64,000 bases of DNA, taken from the NCBI GenBank assembly GCA_963762255.1, contig CAVXKA010000001.1, positions 992,001 through 1,056,000 on the forward strand, written 5' to 3'. Within the stretch, counting starts at the first letter, position 1. Every line of letters begins with the position of its first letter. Shown piece after piece: positions 48,172 through 57,212 of the stretch. The stretch is from Candidatus Eiseniibacteriota bacterium. GTDB taxonomy: Bacteria; Eisenbacteria; RBG-16-71-46; JABDJR01. Under the pieces are notes generated by a model that saw only the letters and a list, made by a program, of their open reading frames with translations, was not told where the DNA came from and ran no database searches. The position numbers and the translations under genes are program-made.

Positions 48172-48188
48172 TCGCAACCTACGTGCCA
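48172..48188 (-). promoter_or_regulatory. Sigma-54 -24/-12 promoter
   Basis: TGGCACGTAGGTTGCGA matches TGGCAC-N5-TTGC. Confidence 0.8.
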
Positions 48189-48228
48189 TGCTCGGAATCG
48201 GACCCGTCCAATCTCGTAATCTATTATC

Positions 48229-48241
48229 AATCAATGAGTTA
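48229..48241. promoter_or_regulatory. IHF-type binding site
   Basis: AATCAATGAGTTA is a perfect match to WATCAA-N4-TTR, located between promoter and enhancer. Confidence 0.65.
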
Positions 48242-48296
48242 GTCTCTAGCTCCGGAGTCCTTGCCGGGCGGGCTGCCGGGTCGGCGCCGGACTCCG

Positions 48297-48380
48297 GTGG
48301 GTACGGCGAAACCATCTCGACGACGACCGCACCTGTAATTCATTACAGGACAATGAGTTATTCGTGGGTACGGCGTACCC
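48297..48380. promoter_or_regulatory. Putative upstream activator sequences
   Basis: GTGGGTACGGCG at 48297 and 48364; GGGTACG-G-CGTACCC perfect palindrome; CCTGTAAT-TC-ATTACAGG palindrome between them. Confidence 0.55.
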
Positions 48381-48472
48381 GTCAAACTGGACGTTGGGAA
48401 TCGTGGTAGTAACCGTTCGACGACTGCCCTGTCACGCTGGCGAGCGCTAGGATCGTCCCACCGAGGAGACGC

Positions 48473-49144
48473 ATGCCGGACTGGAATGAACTCTTCCGAG
48501 ACGATCGAAATGTCATCGAGAGCCCCGAGCCCATCGTGCTGGAGCTTGTTGCCACCCTCGCCGCGCGCTCACGAGTGCTCGATCTCGGTTGTGGAGCCGG
48601 TCGCCACCTGACCTTGCTTGCCGCGGCTTCCCACCGCGCGGTCGGGGTCGACGTGGCAACCGAGGGCCTTGCGCGATGCCGACGCCGACTCGAGGTGGAG
48701 ACCCTGCGGGCGAACCTCGCCCGGGCGGACTTCCGCCGTCCGCTGCCATTCCGCGATGCCTCATTTGACGCCGTGCTCGCCATCAAATCGATCAACCATG
48801 CGCGGCCCGAAGAGGTGACGCTGGCGTTCGCCGAGGCCATGCGTGTCCTACAGGTTGGTGGGAGGTTCGTCGCGAGCGTGATCGCGTCCACCGACGCTCG
48901 CTGCGGTGACGGGCACGAAATCGCGGAGCGCACCTTCGTGCATGACCGGCCTCCGGAAGAAGGGGTCGTACACCATTACTTCACGGAAGCTGAACTGAGA
49001 AACCTGCTTGGCCCGTGCGCATTCGTTGATCTGTTTCTCGTCGAGCGCTACGTGGCTCCCGAAGAGCCGATCTTCGGGCAGTACCGGTTTCGGGCTGGGG
49101 CGGCGCCCTTCTTCAGGCACTGGTGCTGTCGCGCCATACGCTAG
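48473..49144 (+). CDS. Class I SAM-dependent methyltransferase
   Basis: VLDLGCGAGRH, LPFRDASFDAV, RVLQVGG; SD GAGGAG. Confidence 0.88.
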   Translation: MPDWNELFRDDRNVIESPEPIVLELVATLAARSRVLDLGCGAGRHLTLLAAASHRAVGVDVATEGLARCRRRLEVETLRANLARADFRRPLPFRDASFDAVLAIKSINHARPEEVTLAFAEAMRVLQVGGRFVASVIASTDARCGDGHEIAERTFVHDRPPEEGVVHHYFTEAELRNLLGPCAFVDLFLVERYVAPEEPIFGQYRFRAGAAPFFRHWCCRAIR

Positions 49145-49172
49145 CGCGCAGGCCTGTTTCAGGCCGCATCAC

Positions 49173-49333
49173 TGTTCCAAGTTGAGACAGCACCTCTGTT
49201 TCGGATTGAATCAGAATCGCGTTGCGGCTTGCGCTCCAATGTGGGACGGGGCCTATGGCGGCGGCTAATGCTCTATAAAATAATGAGTTAACAGCCATTT
49301 AGCTCGCGGCCAGGAAGTGGCACGGCGGCTGCA
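49173..49333 (+). promoter_or_regulatory. Sigma-54 promoter, IHF-like site and UAS of the chaperone operon
   Basis: TGGCACGGCGGCTGCA (49318-49333); TGT-N11-ACA at 49173-49189 with weaker copies at 49197 and 49232; AT-rich 25-mer 49266-49290. Confidence 0.7.
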
Positions 49334-49452
49334 ATTGGGGGTGCCGTACATTGAGGTGGGCATTGGAAAGCTCGCCTCTGAAGTCATGATTCCATACAAT
49401 CAACTGCCTCGCTCCGGCCGCGCCGGGGCAGGCCATCCGGAGGAAGAGAGCG

Positions 49453-49899
49453 ATGGCCATCGTACATTGGAGACCGATGGGTGATCTGGTCACTGTGCAG
49501 GACGAGATGAACCGCGTGTTCGAGGATCTGTGGCGCCGCAGCCCGCGGTCCGGCTCCCCCGGTTCGGCCGCGGCATGGTGGCCCTCGATCGATGTCCAGG
49601 AGACACAAAGCGAGTTCAGGCTCGTGGCGGAACTGCCCGGCCTCAAGCGCGATCATGTCAAAATCTCGCTGACAGACAACGTGCTGACGCTGCGCGGCGA
49701 GAAGAAGTCGGAGCAGGATCGGGAGACTGGGAGCTGGCACCAGGCGGAGCGCGCGTACGGCGTGTTCGAGCGGAGTTTTCAGCTCACGTGCCCGGTCGAC
49801 GCATCCAAGGTCAAGGCGAAGTTCGAGGACGGGGTACTCACGATCACGCTGCCCAAGTCCGAGGAGTCGCGCCCTCGTGAGATCAGCATCGAATCCTGA
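49453..49899 (+). CDS. Small heat-shock protein Hsp20
   Basis: PSIDVQET, AELPG, LTLRGEK, ERAYGVFERSF, A.FEDGVLTITLPK. Confidence 0.93.
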   Translation: MAIVHWRPMGDLVTVQDEMNRVFEDLWRRSPRSGSPGSAAAWWPSIDVQETQSEFRLVAELPGLKRDHVKISLTDNVLTLRGEKKSEQDRETGSWHQAERAYGVFERSFQLTCPVDASKVKAKFEDGVLTITLPKSEESRPREISIES

Positions 49900-49920
49900 T
49901 CCACAGCAAAGGTGACGAAC

Positions 49921-51816
49921 ATGGGAAAGATTATCGGAATCGACCTCGGAACCACTAACTCCTGCGTCGCCGTCATGGAGGGCGGCGAGCCGGTGGTGAT
50001 CCCCAACTCCGAAGGCGGTCGCACGACTCCTTCGGTGGTGGCCTTCGCCAAGAACGGAGAGAGGCTGGTGGGTCAGGTGGCCAAGAGGCAAGCCATCACG
50101 AACCCCACGAACACCGTCTATTCGATCAAGCGCTTCATGGGGCGCGCGTACGACGAGGTGAAGAACGAGTCCTCGATGGTGCCCTACGAGATCGTGGCGC
50201 ACGGAAGCGGGCAGGTTTCCGTCAAGGCGGGCGACCGCGAATCCACGCCGCCGGAGATCTCGGCCATGATCCTTCAGAAGATGAAGCAGACGGCGGAGGA
50301 CTACCTTGGCCAGAAGGTGACCGAGGCCATCATCACCGTCCCCGCGTACTTCAACGACTCGCAGCGGCAGGCCACCAAGGACGCCGGCCGCATAGCCGGT
50401 CTCGACGTCAAGCGCATCATCAACGAGCCGACCGCGGCCGCGCTGGCGTACGGGTTGGACCGCAAGAAGGACGAAAAGATCGCGGTGTACGACCTGGGCG
50501 GCGGCACCTTCGACATCTCCATCCTCGAGATCGGGGACGGCGTGTTCGAGGTGAAGTCGACCAACGGAGACACCCATCTGGGCGGAGACGACTTCGATCA
50601 TCGGATCATTCAGTGGCTGGTGGAGGAGTTCCGCAAGGCGGAGGGGATCGACCTGAGCAAGGACCCCATGGCGCTGCAGCGGCTCAAGGAGGGAGCGGAA
50701 AAGGCCAAGATCGAGCTGTCGACCACGATGCAGAGCGACATCAACCTCCCGTTCATCACCGCCGACCAGAACGGCCCCAAGCACCTGAACGTGAATCTCA
50801 CCCGGGCGAAGTTCGAGCAGCTCGTGGACGATCTCATTCAGCGCACGGTGGAGCCCTGCCGGAAGGCAATCGCCGATGCCAACCTCAAGCCGAGTCAGAT
50901 CGACGAGGTGGTGCTGGTCGGTGGGTCCACCCGCATTCCCAAGGTGCAACAGCTCGTCAAGGAACTCTTCGAGAAGGAGCCGCATCGCGGCATCAACCCG
51001 GACGAGGTCGTGGCAGTCGGCGCCGCCATTCAGGGCGGCGTTCTGGCCGGCGACGTGAAGGACGTGCTCCTGCTCGACGTGACCCCGCTTTCGCTCGGGA
51101 TCGAGACGCTGGGCGGAGTGATGACGAAGCTCATCGAGCGCAACACCACCATTCCGACCAAGCGCGCGGAGATCTTCTCCACCGCCAGCGACAGCCAGAC
51201 CGCGGTGGACATCAAGGTCTTCCAGGGTGAACGGCCGATGGCTGCCGGCAACAAGCTCATCGGATCGTTCCAGCTCGTGGGGATCCCGCCCGCACCGCGC
51301 GGGGTACCGCAGGTCGAAGTCACGTTCGACATCGACGCCAACGGTATCCTCAGCGTGTCGGCGCGCGACAAGGCCACCGGGAAGGAACAGAGCATCAAGA
51401 TACAGGCCTCCTCGGGGCTCTCCGAGCAGGACATCCAGCAGATGGTGAAGGACGCCGAGTCCAACGCGGCAGACGATCAGCGTCGGCGCGAAGAGGTCGA
51501 GGCCCGCAACAACGCGGACAATCTGGCCTATCAGGTCGAGAAGCTTCTCAAGGAGAACGGGGACAAGCTCGACGCCGAGACGCGGGCCAAGGTGGACGCC
51601 GGCGTGCAGCGGGTTCGCGAGGCGCTCAAGGGTTCGGATGTGGGCGAGATCAAGTCGTCGACCGACGCGCTGCAACTGGTCTTCCATGCCGCCACCCAGC
51701 AGATGTACCAGTCTGCGGGAGGGGCCGCCGGCCCGAGCGGGAACGAGTCACCGGGGGACGGCGGCAAGGGCAACAAGGGCTCGGTGGACGCCGATTTCGA
51801 GGTCGTGGACGAATGA
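49921..51816 (+). CDS. dnaK: Chaperone DnaK
   Basis: [49 protein letters not shown]. Confidence 0.98.
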   Translation: MGKIIGIDLGTTNSCVAVMEGGEPVVIPNSEGGRTTPSVVAFAKNGERLVGQVAKRQAITNPTNTVYSIKRFMGRAYDEVKNESSMVPYEIVAHGSGQVSVKAGDRESTPPEISAMILQKMKQTAEDYLGQKVTEAIITVPAYFNDSQRQATKDAGRIAGLDVKRIINEPTAAALAYGLDRKKDEKIAVYDLGGGTFDISILEIGDGVFEVKSTNGDTHLGGDDFDHRIIQWLVEEFRKAEGIDLSKDPMALQRLKEGAEKAKIELSTTMQSDINLPFITADQNGPKHLNVNLTRAKFEQLVDDLIQRTVEPCRKAIADANLKPSQIDEVVLVGGSTRIPKVQQLVKELFEKEPHRGINPDEVVAVGAAIQGGVLAGDVKDVLLLDVTPLSLGIETLGGVMTKLIERNTTIPTKRAEIFSTASDSQTAVDIKVFQGERPMAAGNKLIGSFQLVGIPPAPRGVPQVEVTFDIDANGILSVSARDKATGKEQSIKIQASSGLSEQDIQQMVKDAESNAADDQRRREEVEARNNADNLAYQVEKLLKENGDKLDAETRAKVDAGVQRVREALKGSDVGEIKSSTDALQLVFHAATQQMYQSAGGAAGPSGNESPGDGGKGNKGSVDADFEVVDE

Positions 51817-51859
51817 CCGACGCGCGGGCAGGGGACGCCCGTCCGAGCAAGGAGCGGCG

Positions 51860-52183
51860 ATGAGTGAGAGCGTGCAGACGGGGCGGTTGATCCCCTACCT
51901 GGTTGAAATGTTCCGGTTCCAGGCCTGGGTGGCTCTCGGCAAGGTGACCAACCCGGTGAGCGAGAAGGTGGAGCGCGAACTCCCGATGGCCAAAGCGATG
52001 ATCGATCTCCTCGGTGAGCTGGAGGAGCGCACCGAGGGGCATCGCAGCCCCGACGAGACGCGGCTCCTTCAAGGCGCGGTCACCGAGCTGCGACTCAACT
52101 ATCTCGATGAATTGAAGAGGCCGCAGGCTGCGGAGCAGCCCGTTGCGGACGCCGGCAAGCCGGCGGAAGCCGGTGAAGCGTGA
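51860..52183 (+). CDS. DUF1844 family protein
   Basis: AWVALGKVTNP, AKAMIDLL..LEERT.G...DE...L....ELRLNY. Confidence 0.8.
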   Translation: MSESVQTGRLIPYLVEMFRFQAWVALGKVTNPVSEKVERELPMAKAMIDLLGELEERTEGHRSPDETRLLQGAVTELRLNYLDELKRPQAAEQPVADAGKPAEAGEA

Positions 52184-52761
52184 TGGGTAAGAAGCCGAGG
52201 ACGGTGGAGATCAAGATCGAGCCCGAACAAGGCGAGCCCGCGTCGGCGGAGGGAAGCTCCGAAGCACCCGTTTCGGCCGACGAGACGGGGACGGACTCCC
52301 CCCGGACCGCCGGGGGGGGGCCTCGGCCGATCTCCTACGAGGAGGTATTCGACCGGTTGCAGCGCTTGCAGGCGGAGTTCGACAACTATCGCCGCCGTAC
52401 CGACCGGGAGCGTCTGGAAACGGGCGCACACGCCCAAGGACTTCTGGTCGAGCGGCTCCTTCCGGTGCTGGACGACTTCGACCGCGCGCTGGCTTCTTCC
52501 GGGGGCGGCGAATCGCCGGAAGTGCACGGCTTCGCGCTCATCCACGAGAAACTCCATCGCGCGCTCGCCGACGCCGGACTGGAGCGAATCGACTCCGAGG
52601 GCACCGTGTTCGATCCCGACATCCACGAAGCGCTCATGACGCAGGAGGTGGAGCCGGAGCTGGATGGAGTGGTGATCTGCGAGCTGGCTCCCGGGTACCG
52701 TTTTCGCGGACGGATGGTCCGTCCCGCTCGAGTGCAGGTGGGCAAGGCCGCCGATTCGTGA
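52183..52761 (+). CDS. grpE: Nucleotide exchange factor GrpE
   Basis: RLQAEFDNYRRR, LLPVLDDFDRA, FDPDIHEAL, GYRF..R.VRPARV.V. Confidence 0.93.
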   Translation: MGKKPRTVEIKIEPEQGEPASAEGSSEAPVSADETGTDSPRTAGGGPRPISYEEVFDRLQRLQAEFDNYRRRTDRERLETGAHAQGLLVERLLPVLDDFDRALASSGGGESPEVHGFALIHEKLHRALADAGLERIDSEGTVFDPDIHEALMTQEVEPELDGVVICELAPGYRFRGRMVRPARVQVGKAADS

Positions 52762-52797
52762 GCGAGTTGAGAACTTGACGCCCCGGGGTGGGCGATA

Positions 52798-53529
52798 ATG
52801 CAGCCCAAGGACTACTACAAGACTCTCGGAGTCTCCGAGACCGCGACCGCGGACGAGATCAAGAAGGCCTACCGCAAGATCGCGCGGGCGAGTCACCCCG
52901 ACCGCAATCCGGGCAATCCAGCCGCCGAGGAGCGGTTCAAGGAGGCGAGCGAGGCCTACGAGATCCTCAGCGACGCCGAGAAGCGCCGCAAGTTCGACGC
53001 GTTTCGCCGGTACGGCGGTTTCGAGCCGGGCGGGGGTGGAGCCCAGGGCTTCCCCGGCGGTTTCGAATCGATGCCGGGCGGGTTCCGAGTGCATTTCGAT
53101 CAAGGAGAAATGGGGGATCTCAATTTCTCCGACCTCTTCGGTGAGGATCCGCGCTTCGCTTCTGTCTTCGAGCAGATCTTCGCGCAGATGGGCTCGGCCG
53201 GAGCCGGTCCGAAGAGCCGCCGAGCCGGTCGCGGGGGCTTCGGTGCGCGCCGCCCCCGGCGGACGCCCAAGGACGATGGCGGCGATGCGATCGCCGGAGA
53301 TCGGTTCTTCGAGCGCGACGGGCTCGACGTGCACTGCACGATCTGGCTCAAGCTGGAGCAACTGCAGCGGGGCGCCAAGGTGAAGGTCCGCACCCCCTCC
53401 GGGAAGAAGGCCTTGGTGAAGATCCCTGCGGGATTCAAGATCGGCGGCGTACTGCGACTCCCCGGTTTCGGGCTTAGCGCGGACGGGCAACAGGGAGACC
53501 AATACGTGCACGTGGAGGCGGTGGCATGA
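52798..53529 (+). CDS. Short J-domain protein (DnaJ class B-like, no zinc finger)
   Basis: [14 protein letters not shown]-rich linker, single C-terminal domain (LRLPGFG...GDQYV). Confidence 0.88.
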   Translation: MQPKDYYKTLGVSETATADEIKKAYRKIARASHPDRNPGNPAAEERFKEASEAYEILSDAEKRRKFDAFRRYGGFEPGGGGAQGFPGGFESMPGGFRVHFDQGEMGDLNFSDLFGEDPRFASVFEQIFAQMGSAGAGPKSRRAGRGGFGARRPRRTPKDDGGDAIAGDRFFERDGLDVHCTIWLKLEQLQRGAKVKVRTPSGKKALVKIPAGFKIGGVLRLPGFGLSADGQQGDQYVHVEAVA

Positions 53530-54425
53530 AGCCCGGCGCGAATGCAGCGGAGCTTCCCCACCTGTTGAGGCTGCTCGACGACGAATCCCCAGCGGTGCGG
53601 CCGGTGGTGATCGACCGCCTGGCCGCTTTCGGCGGCACCCTGGCCGCGGAGCTGACGAGGCTCCCCGAGCCGCCGGGGCCGGATACGCGCCGACTTCTGC
53701 GCGAACTCCTGGCCGGGCACCATCGCGGCTGGCTCCGTGAGGCCTGGCCGGGTTGGCTCGACGCCGACCCGGACGCCCTCAAGTTGGAGAAGGCGCTTGC
53801 GCTGCTCGGCGAATTCCAGGGGGGGCGACTCGATCCTCGCGGGCTTCCCGAATACCTGGACGATCTCGCCCTTGAGTTTCGCCGGACACGGCGAAAGCGG
53901 GATCCCGCGCATCTTGCCGAGTTCCTGTTCGAGTCCTGCGGTCTCGCCGGAGCGGAACAGGACTACCACCATCCCGACCACAGCAATCTCGTGCACGTGA
54001 TCACGGAGAAGCGCGGGATCCCGATCAGCCTGACCCTGACGTACATGCTGGTCGGCGGACGATTGGGTCTCGACATCCGAGGGTGCAGCTTCCCCGGCCA
54101 TTTCCTGGCACGTGTCGTCCGGGAGGGAGAGACCGTCTTCGTCGATTGCTACCATGGGGGCAAGTTTCTGCGCCGCGAGGATATCCTCGAAGTGCAGGCG
54201 GAAGCGTCCCGGCCGCTGGCTCGAGTTCTCGATGCCGTTCCCTCCGCCGAAGCGATCCTGCTCCGGGTCCTCAATAACCTCGTGCGCGCGTACGGGGCGG
54301 TGAACCGGCCCGAAGACGCCGCGCTTATGAGGGAACTCGCGCAGGGCATGCAAGCGACGCTGGCTCGCCATCGGTCGCCCCGGAAGCTTCCGGCCGGGCC
54401 CGCGGCCGGTCCCCGATCCGAGTAG
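53526..54425 (+). CDS. SirB1-like transglutaminase-fold protein
   Basis: [38 protein letters not shown]. Confidence 0.82.
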   Translation: MKPGANAAELPHLLRLLDDESPAVRPVVIDRLAAFGGTLAAELTRLPEPPGPDTRRLLRELLAGHHRGWLREAWPGWLDADPDALKLEKALALLGEFQGGRLDPRGLPEYLDDLALEFRRTRRKRDPAHLAEFLFESCGLAGAEQDYHHPDHSNLVHVITEKRGIPISLTLTYMLVGGRLGLDIRGCSFPGHFLARVVREGETVFVDCYHGGKFLRREDILEVQAEASRPLARVLDAVPSAEAILLRVLNNLVRAYGAVNRPEDAALMRELAQGMQATLARHRSPRKLPAGPAAGPRSE

Positions 54426-54447
54426 CACCGCCCACGCAGGGGCGAGG

Positions 54448-56145
54448 CTAGGGCGCCCCTTCGGCTCCGGTCACGACATCCACCACCCAGATCGTTTCGG
54501 TGTCGTCGGCGAGCGAGAGCCCCGGGTGATTGCGAATGGCCTCGCGCAGTCGCGTCACTTCTTCCGGCGGATACAGATCCGTGTGCACGAAGACATAGGT
54601 GATGCCGAGTTCGCGCAGCATCGCGACGGAAGCATTCTCGGGGAAGTGCTGCATCTCCGTTCGCAGCTTGCGCGTGATCGGGGGGACGAACGCGGCCACG
54701 CCGTTGGCGAGCCGCTTGTGATGGGCCAGGGAATAGAGCTGGTAGCGGGCATGCTCGATGCCCTCATGCTGCTCGTCGACGGCCATGGGCAACTCGACGA
54801 TGGCCAGCGGACCCGAAACGCTTCCGAGCCACGAGTACACCGCGGGAATGCCGTGGGGAAGCGGGCGCAAGAGCTGGATCGGAGCGGCGAACAGCTCGAC
54901 CGCGGCAAGAGCGCACAGCCCCAGGCTCCCCCAGCGCCGGCCCCGCAGGCGCGTTCCCTCCAGGCGAGCGGCCCCCGCTCCCGCCATCACCGCCACACCC
55001 AGCGCGGCCAGGACGACGAAGCGCACCGGCGCGCGAATGAAGGAAGCCCCCGGTAGCACATACCAGGCGAGGGCGAAGGGCATGGGTATCCGGCGAGCCG
55101 GATCGCCGAGCACCGGGCCCAAGGCCATCACTCCCCCGACTCCGGCGAGAAGGACGTAAAAGATCAACTCCGGGCGGTGGAGTTGCCTCCGCCACCCTCG
55201 GCGCGCGAGCCAGTACAGAGAGAGGATGCTGGCCACGACCCCGGCAAACAACGGATGCCGCGCGAACGATCGCCAAGGAGCCGCTCCCCTGAGGACGCTG
55301 TTGGGGGCAGGGGTCACGAAATCGACCGGCTGCGCGCTGAAGAGCGCGGTCGTGCCCAGGGACCGGCGCATCGAGATGTCGGCGCGGGCATTGCGCAGGT
55401 AAGGGGCCGTGAACGGAATGAGGGCGATGAAGCACATTGCCCCCAGCGCGAGAATGATCCATCGCTGGACGCTGACCAGGTCAAGGAACGAGCGACGCTC
55501 CACGACGAGGAGCACCGCGACGTACAGCAGCGTTGCCAGAAGGAGGAACACTCCGCCATAGGACGTCGAGAGGAACTGCGCGAATGAGAAGGCCGCGAAC
55601 AGGAAGAGGTGCCGTCGAAGCCTGGTCTCCACCCAGAGATGGAGCGAAAGCAGCGCGAACGGAATCCACATCATCGCCAGATTGTTGAGCTGGCCCGCGT
55701 TGTGGTAGCGATACGGGTGGAAGGCGAAGATGATGCCGGCCAGGATCCCGGCGATGGTGTTGTCGGTGAGGTACCGCACGAGGAGGAATGCCCCGAGGCC
55801 GGAGATCACGAATGTCAGGAGCCACGCCGTGTTGAACCCCACGAACATGTTCCCGAACGCCCAGTCCACGGGGGCGATCAGAACCGCCATGGCCGCCATG
55901 TTGTCCATGAAGGCAAGCGAGGAGTGGTAGGGGTAGAAAAACGTCGCCTGATAGAGGTTGAAGGGGTTGTCGCCGAGGGCCTGCGCGCTCCACGTCAAGA
56001 TGTAGAGGTTGAGCATGGCGTCGGTGGGTGGTCCGGAGGTCGGGATGTCGCGCATCATGTGCGTGGGGACCGGCCACAGAAAGACAATGGCGAGGGCGAT
56101 GAAGAGCCCCAGCACGAGGATGAGTTCTCGGCGGGAGACGATCAC
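54448..56145 (-). CDS. Multi-pass membrane protein, YfhO/GT-C glycosyltransferase-like
   Basis: FFYPYHSSLAF, IFAFHPY, many TM segments, IRAPVRF, VELP, LANG. Confidence 0.7.
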   Translation of the reverse strand: MIVSRRELILVLGLFIALAIVFLWPVPTHMMRDIPTSGPPTDAMLNLYILTWSAQALGDNPFNLYQATFFYPYHSSLAFMDNMAAMAVLIAPVDWAFGNMFVGFNTAWLLTFVISGLGAFLLVRYLTDNTIAGILAGIIFAFHPYRYHNAGQLNNLAMMWIPFALLSLHLWVETRLRRHLFLFAAFSFAQFLSTSYGGVFLLLATLLYVAVLLVVERRSFLDLVSVQRWIILALGAMCFIALIPFTAPYLRNARADISMRRSLGTTALFSAQPVDFVTPAPNSVLRGAAPWRSFARHPLFAGVVASILSLYWLARRGWRRQLHRPELIFYVLLAGVGGVMALGPVLGDPARRIPMPFALAWYVLPGASFIRAPVRFVVLAALGVAVMAGAGAARLEGTRLRGRRWGSLGLCALAAVELFAAPIQLLRPLPHGIPAVYSWLGSVSGPLAIVELPMAVDEQHEGIEHARYQLYSLAHHKRLANGVAAFVPPITRKLRTEMQHFPENASVAMLRELGITYVFVHTDLYPPEEVTRLREAIRNHPGLSLADDTETIWVVDVVTGAEGAP

Positions 56146-56267
56146 GGGGGGGACCTTCCGCGAAGGATCGCCGACAGGGGAGCGATCGCGAGGACCTCAC
56201 GGCCCACGAGATTGACAGTAAGTCCAGAGACTATATAGGGTTGCTGCAGCATCTACAAGGAGCAAGG

Positions 56268-57212
56268 GTGAAGCCCAAGAACGACCGGAGCGTCTTCGAC
56301 GAGATCAACGCCCTCGCCACCGAGGCCCGCAACCCGCGCTCGCTGGATCTCGATCGCCTCTCCACCGGAAACGTTCTGCGTCTCATCAACAGCGAGGACG
56401 CCGCGGTCCCTGAAGCGGTGGCCGGCGAACTCCCGCATATCGAAGAGGCGGTCGAGTTTGTGGTGTCGGCGCTTCGCTCGGGGGGGCGGCTGATCTACGT
56501 CGGGGCAGGAACGAGTGGGCGGTTGGGTGTGCTGGACGCCGCGGAGTGTCCCCCAACATTCGGCTCGGATCCGGCCATGGTGCAGGGCATCATCGCGGGG
56601 GGCGACCGTGCGCTGATCTGCGCGGTCGAAGGTGCGGAGGACGACGCCGAGGCGGGCGAGCAGGCGATCCGCGACCGCGGCGTCGGTGCGCGGGACGTCG
56701 TCTTCGGCATTGCCGCCAGCCGGCGAACACCGTTCGTGCTCGCAGCTGTGGCGCAGGCGCGGGCGCTCGGGGCGCGCACGATCTACCTCACGATGAGTCC
56801 GCGGGAGACCATCGACTTCCAGGTGGACGTGGCGATCTGCCCGGTGGTGGGGCCCGAGGTCGTCATGGGCTCCACCCGAATGAAGTCGGGGCTCGCGCAG
56901 AAGATGGTGCTGACCATGGTGACCACCGCCGCCTTCGTGCGGATGGGAAAGATCTACGAGAACATGATGGTCGACCTCATGGCGACCAGTGTGAAGTTGC
57001 GGGAGCGCGCCAAGAGGACGGTCATGACCGTGGCCCGAGTGGACTACGAGACAGCGACGGACGTGCTGGCGCAAGCCGGTGGCTCGGTCAAAGTGGCGAT
57101 CGTGATGATCAAGACGGGAGCGGGCTCCGACGAAGCGCGGCGGCGCCTGGATGCGGCCGGTGGATTCGTGCGGCGCGCCGTCGAATCCGAGGCAGAGAGG
57201 GAGAATCGATGA
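56268..57212 (+). CDS. murQ: N-acetylmuramic acid 6-phosphate etherase
   Basis: TEARNPRS, GAGTSGRLGVLDAAECPPTF, VEGAED, GPEVVMGSTRMK.G.AQKMVL, N.MVDL. Confidence 0.95.
   Translation: MKPKNDRSVFDEINALATEARNPRSLDLDRLSTGNVLRLINSEDAAVPEAVAGELPHIEEAVEFVVSALRSGGRLIYVGAGTSGRLGVLDAAECPPTFGSDPAMVQGIIAGGDRALICAVEGAEDDAEAGEQAIRDRGVGARDVVFGIAASRRTPFVLAAVAQARALGARTIYLTMSPRETIDFQVDVAICPVVGPEVVMGSTRMKSGLAQKMVLTMVTTAAFVRMGKIYENMMVDLMATSVKLRERAKRTVMTVARVDYETATDVLAQAGGSVKVAIVMIKTGAGSDEARRRLDAAGGFVRRAVESEAERENR

Noticed and set aside
47734-48409. ORF-track frames across the intergenic region (47734-48219, 47814-48230, 47870-48106, 47873-48409)
   Set aside because: No SD, no recognisable motifs, and they overlap promoter and hairpin elements.
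49334-49452. CIRCE element or ROSE thermometer before hsp20
   Set aside because: No TTAGCACTC-N9-GAGTGCTAA repeat, and no clear anti-SD ROSE motif.
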